A stretch of DNA of 10,044 nucleotides. It comes from Candidatus Aenigmatarchaeota archaeon (GTDB taxonomy: Archaea; Aenigmatarchaeota; Aenigmatarchaeia; GW2011-AR5; JAGGXF01). The position numbers and the translations under genes are program-made. Position 1 is the stretch's first letter. Each line of letters begins with the position of its first letter. Under the pieces are notes generated by a model, which searched no databases, had not been told where the DNA came from, and saw nothing but the letters and a program-made list of their open reading frames with translations. Where the stretch lies: NCBI GenBank assembly GCA_029932645.1, contig JAOZPR010000003.1, forward strand, positions 17,987 to 28,030, written 5' to 3'. Of this stretch, positions 1-7,065 are shown piece by piece.

Positions 1-44
1 AGTTTTATATTCATGAGAGTTATAATTAAATAAAGGTGATTGAA

Positions 45-137
45 ATTCCTTGCGGTAAGAAAAGAAAGAGAAAGAAGATGAAGAAGCATAAGCTGAAGAA
101 GAAAAAGAAGAAAATGCGACATAGAAAGAAGAAATAG
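45..137 (+). CDS. Small basic protein, putative bS22/mS38 (COX24/AURKAIP1-like) small-subunit ribosomal protein
   Basis: Manual translation: (I/M)PCGKKRKRKKMKKHKLKKKKKKMRHRKKK*. From memory it resembles bacterial MP(S/C)GKKRKRHK...HKRKK...RHKKK proteins and the COX24 KKMKKHKL motif. SD GGTGA at 35-39; TATA-like TTTTATAT at 3-10; T-rich tract after the stop. Start is ATT at 45 or in-frame GTG at 36. Confidence 0.75.
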   Translation: MPCGKKRKRKKMKKHKLKKKKKKMRHRKKK

Positions 138-167
138 TTTTCTTTTAATGTGGTGGGTGTAGTTAGC

Positions 168-1211
168 GTGAAGTGTGATTTTAGACGTAGGTTACGTTCT
201 GTTAGAAAAATTATAGAAGAGAAGAAGCTTGACGGCATTCTGCTGTTTTCCCGGCCTTCGTCCAGCGAATCGTGGACAACAACACCGAACATATTCTATT
301 TTACCGGTTTTTATGATAATTGGTTTACTGCTCTGCTTCTGGAGAAAAATAAAAAAACAATATTCACGTCTTCTGATAAAAAAACCTTATCAGGAATTAA
401 AGTTGAACCGTGGAAAAAGCATCTGGAGAATTTAAAGAGGCTGAAGGGGAAACGGGTTGGTATAGAAAAACACACGGCTTTCGGTATAGTTAGAAAACTG
501 AAACGGTTTGGTGTAAAAATCGTGTTGCTGAAAGATGAACTGGAAGATATAAGAATGATTAAAGATGCTGAAGAAATAAAAAAGATAAAGAAGGCGTCGA
601 CAGCCACTAAAAAAATATTTGATGACTTGTTGAAACAAAACATAAAACGCGCATTCAAAACAGAAGCTGATGTTAAAAAATGGTTGGTTAAAAAAATATT
701 TGAGAATGAAATGACAACAAGCTTTGCGCCGCTTGTTGCATCTGGCCCGCATTCTGCGATAATCCATGCAAGGCCCGGACAGCAAAAGCTGAAAGACCAT
801 CTGCTGCTGGATTTTGGCTGTTGTTTCAAGCATTATCGGTCAGACTTTTCCAGAACTGTTTTGCTGCGCAAAAACAAAAAACTGGAAAAGATAATAAGCA
901 TTGTTCAAGAAGCCCAAAAAGAAATTATTGCTGCATTGGGACCTGGCGTGTCCTGCAAGGTTCTTCTTGATTTGGCCAGAAAAAAATTCAAAAAGGCCGG
1001 ATTGGCAAAAAAATCTTTCTTAAATTATCATGCACTTGGACACGGGCTTGGCCTAGAGATACACGAACCTCCCCGAATAGACGAAAAGGCAACACTAAAA
1101 AAGAATATGGTCTTCACGATAGAACCTGCTGTTTATGACAAAAGGCTCGGCGGCGTGCGCATCGAAGACACCATCCTGCTGAAAAATAAGGCTAAAATAC
1201 TGACAAAATGA
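168..1211 (+). CDS. Xaa-Pro aminopeptidase/prolidase, peptidase family M24B
   Basis: Metal-ligand motifs LLLDFG, YRSDFSRT, GHGLGLEIHE, FTIEP and GVRIEDT, plus an N-terminal creatinase-like domain (NIFYFTGF). GTG at 168 was chosen because GGGTGT precedes it; the ORF is open from 150. Confidence 0.92.
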   Translation: MKCDFRRRLRSVRKIIEEKKLDGILLFSRPSSSESWTTTPNIFYFTGFYDNWFTALLLEKNKKTIFTSSDKKTLSGIKVEPWKKHLENLKRLKGKRVGIEKHTAFGIVRKLKRFGVKIVLLKDELEDIRMIKDAEEIKKIKKASTATKKIFDDLLKQNIKRAFKTEADVKKWLVKKIFENEMTTSFAPLVASGPHSAIIHARPGQQKLKDHLLLDFGCCFKHYRSDFSRTVLLRKNKKLEKIISIVQEAQKEIIAALGPGVSCKVLLDLARKKFKKAGLAKKSFLNYHALGHGLGLEIHEPPRIDEKATLKKNMVFTIEPAVYDKRLGGVRIEDTILLKNKAKILTK

Positions 1212-1281
1212 AAAAAAGCTGTTTCTAAAAAACGTTAAAATTATTAAAATATGTGGCCGGTGGCAACCGTTATATCATAGG

Positions 1282-2460
1282 TTATGTGTTCAAATTTTTC
1301 GGCGTCAATACCCTGACAGAACGGAAGCTGACGCGCTCCTTGAATCCTGCGCCTACCAGGAATTTGATGTTCTTCTGCGCTGCCAAATCGACCATGGGTT
1401 GGTCAATTTTTCCGTCAAACACTAATGCAAAGACATTAGAAAAATCGTGAATAACGTTCTGAAGCTCGGCAACAGGAATCTTACTTATGGTTTTGAGGTT
1501 CTCGTCTATCAGGAATGCAGCATGTGTGCCAGTCAGCTGTTCCAAAAGGCCCTTGAAAAATCTTGCTTTCTTGTCATCTACTAGCTTTCTTGGTTCTGGT
1601 GCTTGTTCTTTGACATCTACAAATTCACCTGCGGCTTTCATCTGGTCAACTACCTGGTCAACCGGTATTTTTTCTCTAAGTGCCTTATAAATTTGCTTTT
1701 TTGAGAGTTCTTCAACCTCTTTTCCTTCATCTGCCCGCGCAACAAAATCTATGTCAGCCACGCTTAGCAGTTTTTTGAGGTCCAGATCACCGCCGCGGTC
1801 TCCATCTAAGAATGCTGTTGTTATCTTTTCTTTTGTTAGAGTTGTAATGGATTTTGGTATTTTAGAGCCCTCTATAGCTATCACATTTCTTATACCGTTC
1901 TTGAGCAGGGTGATGACATCTGCCCTGCCCTCTACAATAATTATCTCATCGTAATCCCGAATGTTTGGACCGCAGGACAAACCGTTGAAAGAAGAAACCT
2001 CCCAGCTTCTGACAGACTGTTTAATCATCTCCGAGATTTTCTGAGAATCTGGTATTCCTTCTTCCATCAGTTGTTTGAGTATCTCCTTGGCACGGTCAAC
2101 AACATATCTTCTTTTTTGCGACCGCACGTCTTCAACGCGATTAACAACAATCTTTGCGTCGCACGGACCGACCTTTTCTATGGTTTCCAGAGAAGACGCT
2201 ATCAATGACGTTTCTGATGCATCCAGACTAGAAGGTATGACTATTGACGCTTCGCTGCTTCCTTTTCTTGTGGTTACCCTCACTTCTATTCGGCCAATTC
2301 TACCTGTTCTTTGCAGCTCTCTTAGCTCTAGGTCTGTACCAAGCAGCCCTTCTGTCTGACCAAATATTGCACCTATAACGTCTGGTTTTTCAATAACACC
2401 CTGTGCCACGAGTCTGGCGTGTATTAAATACTTAGCAAAATTTTGGGCTAATTTAGCCAT
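1282..2460 (-). CDS. dnaG: Archaeal DnaG (DnaG-type primase-like protein, exosome-associated)
   Basis: Archaeal N-terminal signature EKPDVIGAIFGQTEGLLG..LRELQRTGRIGRI and Toprim motifs IIVEGRADV and FLDGDRGG. SD GAGGTGA (2473-2467) precedes ATG 2460. Confidence 0.96.
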   Translation of the reverse strand: MAKLAQNFAKYLIHARLVAQGVIEKPDVIGAIFGQTEGLLGTDLELRELQRTGRIGRIEVRVTTRKGSSEASIVIPSSLDASETSLIASSLETIEKVGPCDAKIVVNRVEDVRSQKRRYVVDRAKEILKQLMEEGIPDSQKISEMIKQSVRSWEVSSFNGLSCGPNIRDYDEIIIVEGRADVITLLKNGIRNVIAIEGSKIPKSITTLTKEKITTAFLDGDRGGDLDLKKLLSVADIDFVARADEGKEVEELSKKQIYKALREKIPVDQVVDQMKAAGEFVDVKEQAPEPRKLVDDKKARFFKGLLEQLTGTHAAFLIDENLKTISKIPVAELQNVIHDFSNVFALVFDGKIDQPMVDLAAQKNIKFLVGAGFKERVSFRSVRVLTPKNLNT

Positions 2461-2618
2461 AAATATCACCTCTTCGTATATGAAAAGGCCAGAACCTAGT
2501 TTAATCTGGACAGCACAACGCTGTTTTTTGTCTCAGGTATAAAAACATACACAAAACCGAAATGAATATAATAAACTATGAAATTCTGGCTTTAACTATA
2601 ATCTAGTTCATGGAAAAT

Positions 2619-2632
2619 TATATAAACCTTTT
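2619..2632 (-). promoter_or_regulatory. Candidate BRE-TATA promoter for dnaG
   Basis: The minus strand reads AAAAGG-TTTATATA, a purine-rich BRE followed by a consensus TATA box. This implies a TSS near 2595 and a leader of about 135 nt. Confidence 0.55.
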
Positions 2633-2661
2633 GTTTTTCTTGTTCGTTTTCTGCCGAATCA

Positions 2662-2874
2662 TTATTCATCAATAAGTAAAGTTTTTCTCCTTGAGTGAAA
2701 ACCGCGTAAAATCTTTGCGTCCTTGTACATCTTCCTAAACTCCGCTATTAGTTCACGATTGGCAGCATTGTTCTCTGGTTTGGAACGAAGAAATACAAGG
2801 GTTCTGCCCTCTTCTTGTTCGACGCGGAATTCTGGCTGGTCTGTTCTGACAAACACTTCTATGGTTCTTTTCAT
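2662..2874 (-). CDS. DUF167 (YggU/UPF0235) family protein
   Basis: 70 aa from ATG 2874. LRSKPENNAANREL and ILRGFHSRRKTLLI match the family pattern PxxGxAN...GxxSRxK. A TATA-like TTATTAAA about 23 nt upstream suggests a leaderless mRNA. Confidence 0.85.
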   Translation of the reverse strand: MKRTIEVFVRTDQPEFRVEQEEGRTLVFLRSKPENNAANRELIAEFRKMYKDAKILRGFHSRRKTLLIDE

Positions 2875-3010
2875 AAATAATAATTGGCCGGAAGATTTAA
2901 TAAAATAATTATAGTAAGCCCGGCTGCGTTTGGTCACTACCCGACTTGACAACCCTTTGCTTCTGGTTTATTTCCTTTTGCTCTTGGTGGCGCTTTTCTT
3001 TTGGTTTTAT

Positions 3011-3364
3011 TTATTGTTCTTTCCAGCTCTCCACGCATGCCTTCTCAAAAATCTTCTTAAGTAGTATGCGCGCCTTTTTATTCACTTTAACATGCCGCTG
3101 TTCGAGCATTTTTGTGAGCTGGGCACAAATCTCTTTTCCTTTTCGGTCGAAATCTGATAAAACAACAACAGATCCACATTTTCCAGCGAGCTCATCTGCA
3201 ATGGCAAAAAGCGCCTTGCCCCTATTAATCTTAATTATTCTTTCAAAGCCAAGTCGCTCTAGCGCTACTTGGTCTTTTTCGCCCTCTACGAGCACAAGCT
3301 CTTTTTTAATCGCCTCTAGAAAACTGCTTTTCTTTACGCCGTTGCTGTTTGTTTTTTTGGACAC
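3011..3364 (-). CDS. Small stand-alone Toprim-domain protein (small primase-like / RNase M5-like)
   Basis: Toprim motifs VLVEGEKD and VLSDFDRKG. Start uncertain: GTG 3364 chosen because the longer 3418 start runs through the K-turn hairpin. Confidence 0.85.
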   Translation of the reverse strand: MSKKTNSNGVKKSSFLEAIKKELVLVEGEKDQVALERLGFERIIKINRGKALFAIADELAGKCGSVVVLSDFDRKGKEICAQLTKMLEQRHVKVNKKARILLKKIFEKACVESWKEQ

Positions 3365-3386
3365 AAAAACCACGCTGATTAGAATG

Positions 3387-3455
3387 GCCCACCAGTAACG
3401 CTGTTCATCACTGCACACAAAACGTGTTAGCTCAGACAGTTGAGGGCTGGTGGGC
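3387..3455 (-). ncRNA. Candidate H/ACA-like K-turn hairpin RNA
   Basis: 9-bp stem GCCCACCAG/CUGGUGGGC, internal loop CCCUCAA/CGUUA, upper stem CUGU/ACAG, box D CUGA (3435-3432) and box C GUGAUGA (3411-3405) in K-turn geometry. TATA TTATAAAAA at 3485-3477. No canonical ACA (3' end reads GGGCCAU). Confidence 0.55.
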
Positions 3456-3513
3456 TAATAAATAACTGATGAGAAATTTTTATAAGCAGTTTTATAGCCT
3501 GTTTTATATCTTT

Positions 3514-3957
3514 TTATAGCCTGCCAATTTCATCATTAATTTCTTGTATTATTTTTTTGGCTTCTTCGTTTGCAATCTTGTCCATGTTCCTTTTGTGATA
3601 TATCTCACTCATATAAAAATCTCGGAACACCCCAGAAAAAAAACCTGTGGTTGTCTTGGGCGCGAGAACAGACTCGACCTGTATATCAACAGAGAGCTCA
3701 GCAGTATTACCCACGTCCTTTTTAATCCCTTCTATATCGAAAAAAAAGACTATCCTAGAGGAACTGTCTATTGTTTTGGTTATATTAAACTTTGATATTG
3801 TTTTGAGAATCGGCCCGTCTGACAACATCCTGTCTTCTTTTTCTTTAAGTCTTCCGTGTCTCGTGCATATCTCTTTTATTTTTTCAGTAGCGAGGTGCGG
3901 CTCAGACACGCTAAAGAATAATTTTTCATTAAGCATCTTATCTATGATTTTTGTCAT
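3514..3957 (-). CDS. Hypothetical protein (147 aa)
   Basis: Long ORF with typical composition, GAGG upstream of ATG, and an ATGA overlap with the upstream small ORF. No family recognised. Confidence 0.75.
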   Translation of the reverse strand: MTKIIDKMLNEKLFFSVSEPHLATEKIKEICTRHGRLKEKEDRMLSDGPILKTISKFNITKTIDSSSRIVFFFDIEGIKKDVGNTAELSVDIQVESVLAPKTTTGFFSGVFRDFYMSEIYHKRNMDKIANEEAKKIIQEINDEIGRL

Positions 3958-4073
3958 TTTTTTCCTCTTTTTTCTGTTCTGATTTTAATATAGAAAAGTG
4001 CCGTGGCTAAAGCTATCAGCACCGCTTCTATAGAACCAAACAATATCAAAAGTATGCAACAGTCCTGCACCAT
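3954..4073 (-). CDS. Small single-pass membrane protein (39 aa)
   Basis: Manual translation MVQDCCILLILFGSIEAVLIALATALFYIKIRTEKRGKK*: one hydrophobic stretch then a basic tail. It fills the gap after the CBS gene and its TGA overlaps the next ATG. Confidence 0.6.
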   Translation of the reverse strand: MVQDCCILLILFGSIEAVLIALATALFYIKIRTEKRGKK

Positions 4074-4087
4074 TTAAACACGACCGC

Positions 4088-4606
4088 TTAGGTCTTCGCT
4101 TCTCTACACTCTTCGCATAGCCACTGACCCTCTACCTCTTCAAGGTCGTCTGAATAGTTGCCACAGGATTCACACTGGCCAAAATCTCCGCCCCGCTCAA
4201 GGAAAGCACCTTTGCCCATCTTCAGGCCTTCTAGTATGTTTTTATATAGCTCTGGCTCTGCCTTAAGGATGTCTGTTGTTGATATAATACCAACAAGCTT
4301 CCCATAGTGTATCACTGGTAGTCTTTCGATGTGCTTAGCCACCATTAATGCGGCGGCATCTTCTATGTTTTTGTTTGGCGATACTGTTACTAGAGTGGTT
4401 GTCATTATGTCTTTTACTGTGTTTCCCTTTCCTTCTCCAAGATGCTTGTACACGATGTCCCGCGTGGTTACTATTCCTTGTGGTTTTTTGTTTTTGATCA
4501 CGACACAACCGATCTTCTTCTCTTTCATGAGTTTAACTACTTCTTGTATTGTGGTGTCTGGTTCTACGAAAACCGGGTTCTTATCCATTATCTCTTCCAC
4601 TTTCAT
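4088..4606 (-). CDS. CBS-domain pair protein with C-terminal zinc ribbon
   Basis: Two CBS repeats (MKVEEIM..GIVTTRDI; VKDIMT..RLPV..GIISTTDIL) and C-terminal CESC...CEEC. Start ATG 4606 (alternative 4618). Confidence 0.9.
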   Translation of the reverse strand: MKVEEIMDKNPVFVEPDTTIQEVVKLMKEKKIGCVVIKNKKPQGIVTTRDIVYKHLGEGKGNTVKDIMTTTLVTVSPNKNIEDAAALMVAKHIERLPVIHYGKLVGIISTTDILKAEPELYKNILEGLKMGKGAFLERGGDFGQCESCGNYSDDLEEVEGQWLCEECREAKT

Positions 4607-4836
4607 TTGATACCGCATGTCATCACTAAAAACACTTTCGATGCCAAAATTAATAAAGTTAATGAAAAGTCAGGAAAGAAGAAAGTTATTAATAGTACTG
4701 AGAAATTAAAAGAGAATAAATTTAAGCGGCTCGGCTTTGATTAGACATCGTTTCTCATATTGTTTTTCAAATCCTGCGGAAAGCCATTAAAAGCGTGGGT
4801 GACATATTATTCATAGTGTGTTTTTGGTGCGTGGTT

Positions 4837-5211
4837 ATGGTAAAGACGTATAGAAAGGGATATGCTGCTGAGAATCAGCTGGTTCATTTGCTTTATGCGC
4901 GCGGCTATGCGGTCATGCGCGCGCCGCGGTCTGGCCGCGTCGGCCTGCCAACGCCGGACCTTGTTGCGATTAAGGGCAAGAAGGTTTTGGTCATAGAATG
5001 CAAGTCGCGAAAGACTGGTTTTACTGTGGAACGCGAACAACTAGAACAGCTGAAGGAATGGAAAAGGCGTACTGGCGGCGCTGCGTATATAGCATGGAAA
5101 CGGACACGGCTAGGCTGGCTGTTTCTGAAGTTAGCGGACGTTATAAAAAACAAAGGTAACGTCGGAAAAAAGTTCGCTGAAGAATATGGTATAAAGATTG
5201 ATGATATATAA
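4837..5211 (+). CDS. hjc: Archaeal Holliday junction resolvase
   Basis: KGYAAENQL, AVMRAPRSG, PDLVA and IECKS form the Hjc PD-(D/E)xK signature; about 124 aa. Confidence 0.92.
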   Translation: MVKTYRKGYAAENQLVHLLYARGYAVMRAPRSGRVGLPTPDLVAIKGKKVLVIECKSRKTGFTVEREQLEQLKEWKRRTGGAAYIAWKRTRLGWLFLKLADVIKNKGNVGKKFAEEYGIKIDDI

Positions 5212-5294
5212 GAATAAAAAATGAGGAATAGCAAACAAAGCATAACAAATATCTGCTCTTGGCGCCATCAGCGCACATTTGTTTTACTGTTTTA

Positions 5295-5316
5295 GCACTG
5301 TACCTGCACTGTACCT
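5295..5316. repeat. 11-bp perfect tandem duplication GCACTGTACCT x2
   Basis: Read directly; a degenerate third unit (ACTGT in register) lies at 5284-5294. Confidence 0.8.
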
Positions 5317-5342
5317 GGCATATAAAAAACCTTTAAAAACAT

Positions 5343-5373
5343 TTCGACGTTTATAAAACTAGTATTCGACGTT
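5343..5373 (+). promoter_or_regulatory. Direct repeat TTCGACGTT x2 flanking a TATA-like TTTATAAA, upstream of the HTH regulator
   Basis: Copies at 5343-5351 and 5365-5373 (22-bp spacing), with TTTATAAA at 5350-5357. Confidence 0.6.
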
Positions 5374-5456
5374 GTTTTTGGGTGTTAATTTTGACAGAAA
5401 ACAAAAAAGAAGTGGAAAGAACACATAAAAAAGCAGGAGGAAGTGAAAGTCAAAAC

Positions 5457-6173
5457 ATGGTAGAAGAATTTGAGCTAGCTAGAGACAGAATAGCCAAAAA
5501 AATCGCTGGCGAGGTTTGTTTGGCTGATCGACCGGGCGCTGTCATAAAGAAATGGCGTCATATCATGAAGATAGCACAGCGGGAACTGGCTGAAGAAGTC
5601 GGCGTCATGCCTTCTGTTATCAGTGATTATGAATCTGGTCGAAGGAAGTCTCCTGGTATCAGGGTTGTAAAAAAAATTGTTGATGGTCTATTAAGCATAG
5701 ACGAAAAGCACGGTGGCAAGCTTATCAAAGAGTTCTCAAACTTTCCTGAAACCGCAGCGATAAGTAATGCTATACTTGATATACGAGAATTCACAGAAGC
5801 CGTGAGTATTAAGAAGGTTGCAAAGGCTGTGGATGGCGAAATTATCCTGAATTTTGGCGAGAAAGACATATACGGCTATACAATAATAGACTCACTAAAA
5901 GCCATTGTTGAGTTTTCTCCAATGGAACTGGTAAAACTTTATGGCCTGACCACAGAAAGGGCGTTAATATTCACAGGCGTCTCGACAGGCCGGTCACCAA
6001 TGGTTGCGATTAAAGTCACCAATCTAAGGCCGGGTCTTGTTGTCATGCATGGAACAAACCGGGTCGATGAAATAGCCAAGAGGATTGCAAATGCTGAACA
6101 GATACCACTAATTCTCTCGAAGGCAAAATCTGTCAAAGAACTTATGAATAGCCTTAGAAAAAAATTCACATAA
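5457..6173 (+). CDS. XRE/Cro-type HTH transcriptional regulator with C-terminal DRTGG-like domain (archaeal COG1709-like)
   Basis: IAGEV..PG..IKKWR..QRELA..PSVISDYESGRRKSPG is the HTH; RALIFTGVSTGRSPMVAIKV..P.LVVMHG is the C-domain. ATG 5457 chosen; the ORF is open from 5382. Confidence 0.88.
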   Translation: MVEEFELARDRIAKKIAGEVCLADRPGAVIKKWRHIMKIAQRELAEEVGVMPSVISDYESGRRKSPGIRVVKKIVDGLLSIDEKHGGKLIKEFSNFPETAAISNAILDIREFTEAVSIKKVAKAVDGEIILNFGEKDIYGYTIIDSLKAIVEFSPMELVKLYGLTTERALIFTGVSTGRSPMVAIKVTNLRPGLVVMHGTNRVDEIAKRIANAEQIPLILSKAKSVKELMNSLRKKFT

Positions 6174-6205
6174 ACATAAGGTTGGACATAAATAAGAACT
6201 AAAAA

Positions 6206-7030
6206 CTAAACAAGAACTTCTAACCAGGCTGCTATAATTATTAAAACCTCTGCCGCCACCAAAAACAAGAAGGCGTCCCTAAAAACCTCTTTGAATTCTG
6301 GCGTTGTGAACTTTTCCCTGGTTATTGCCACGGACAGAATACCACCACCTATACCAACCAAGAAATATGCTGCTACCTCTGGTATACCATGAATTAAAAT
6401 CTGGCCAAGGCCCAAAGGAACGCCGTATAGATATGCCACATGTGTAGCCATTCCTGTTTTAATCAAAGATTCTATAAACAGGCCGACAAACACACCGATA
6501 ACAGAAGCGTTCCATGCCAAAATAAAGACAGCTCCAGAACCGAACAACACACTTGTAAGAAAAATTAAAACGAGAACGCTTGTGTTGTTTATGAGTATGC
6601 GCCAAAATGCTGCGTCAAACAATGCATGTCCTGTTGCCTGTGTTGATATGCTCTCAAGTGTTTTTGCTTGCAAAGAAAAAACATTCTCACCAATTCCCGG
6701 CAAGAAGATATAAACAAAACTGGTTGCAACTATTATTCCAAGGAAAAAATACGAAAAAATTGTTATGATTTGTCTGTGGCGCTGAAGAAGCCCCTGGTGT
6801 ATCTTTCCTTCTGCTTCTTCTTCATCTTTTCTCTCCTCTATCGAAAACAAATGTTGAAAAAACGGAACGAATAGAATGGTTATAAAGGCTATTGTCAATA
6901 TTGAAATTTCGGATGGGAATAGCACGTTGGAAATAAAAATGGCTATGAATGTGAATATTACTGCTATAAAAAAAACGTGCCACGGCTTTTTTTCAGCATT
7001 GTGTGGGTCTATGATTGACTCGAGGACCAT
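6206..7030 (-). CDS. SpoIIM-like (DUF95) integral membrane protein
   Basis: Several hydrophobic helices with ILINN, WNASVIG and HGIPEVAAY motifs typical of the family. Confidence 0.82.
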   Translation of the reverse strand: MVLESIIDPHNAEKKPWHVFFIAVIFTFIAIFISNVLFPSEISILTIAFITILFVPFFQHLFSIEERKDEEEAEGKIHQGLLQRHRQIITIFSYFFLGIIVATSFVYIFLPGIGENVFSLQAKTLESISTQATGHALFDAAFWRILINNTSVLVLIFLTSVLFGSGAVFILAWNASVIGVFVGLFIESLIKTGMATHVAYLYGVPLGLGQILIHGIPEVAAYFLVGIGGGILSVAITREKFTTPEFKEVFRDAFLFLVAAEVLIIIAAWLEVLV

Positions 7031-7065
7031 GTTAAACTAATATCAGCCGGATAATAAAAAGGTTT

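Noticed and set aside
26..292. 88-aa Phe-rich minus-strand ORF
   Set aside because: It is the antisense shadow of the Lys-rich microprotein and the peptidase start; the poly-Phe simply mirrors AAG/AAA codons.
311..833. Minus-strand ORFs of 172 and 133 aa
   Set aside because: Antisense to the well-supported M24 peptidase, with no recognisable motifs.
2915..3008. Relatively GC-rich spacer with short possible pairings (GGUUG/CAGCC, GUCA/UGAC on the minus strand)
   Set aside because: The stems are only 4-5 bp, with no tRNA, SRP or C/D hallmarks and no start codon for the short reading frame.
3365..3418. N-terminal extension of the Toprim ORF (MCSDEQRYWW...)
   Set aside because: It overlaps the K-turn hairpin and does not look like Toprim sequence; a downstream start is more plausible.
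3466..3472. Plus-strand CTGATGA box C-like motif
   Set aside because: No box D at a suitable distance downstream.
4725..4800. Possible hairpin GGCTTT...AAAGCC in the CBS/hjc divergent spacer
   Set aside because: Short arms around a poorly paired interior; indistinguishable from chance.
5284..5373. Short repeats as a possible CRISPR remnant
   Set aside because: The units are 9-11 bp, with no spacer architecture and no cas genes.
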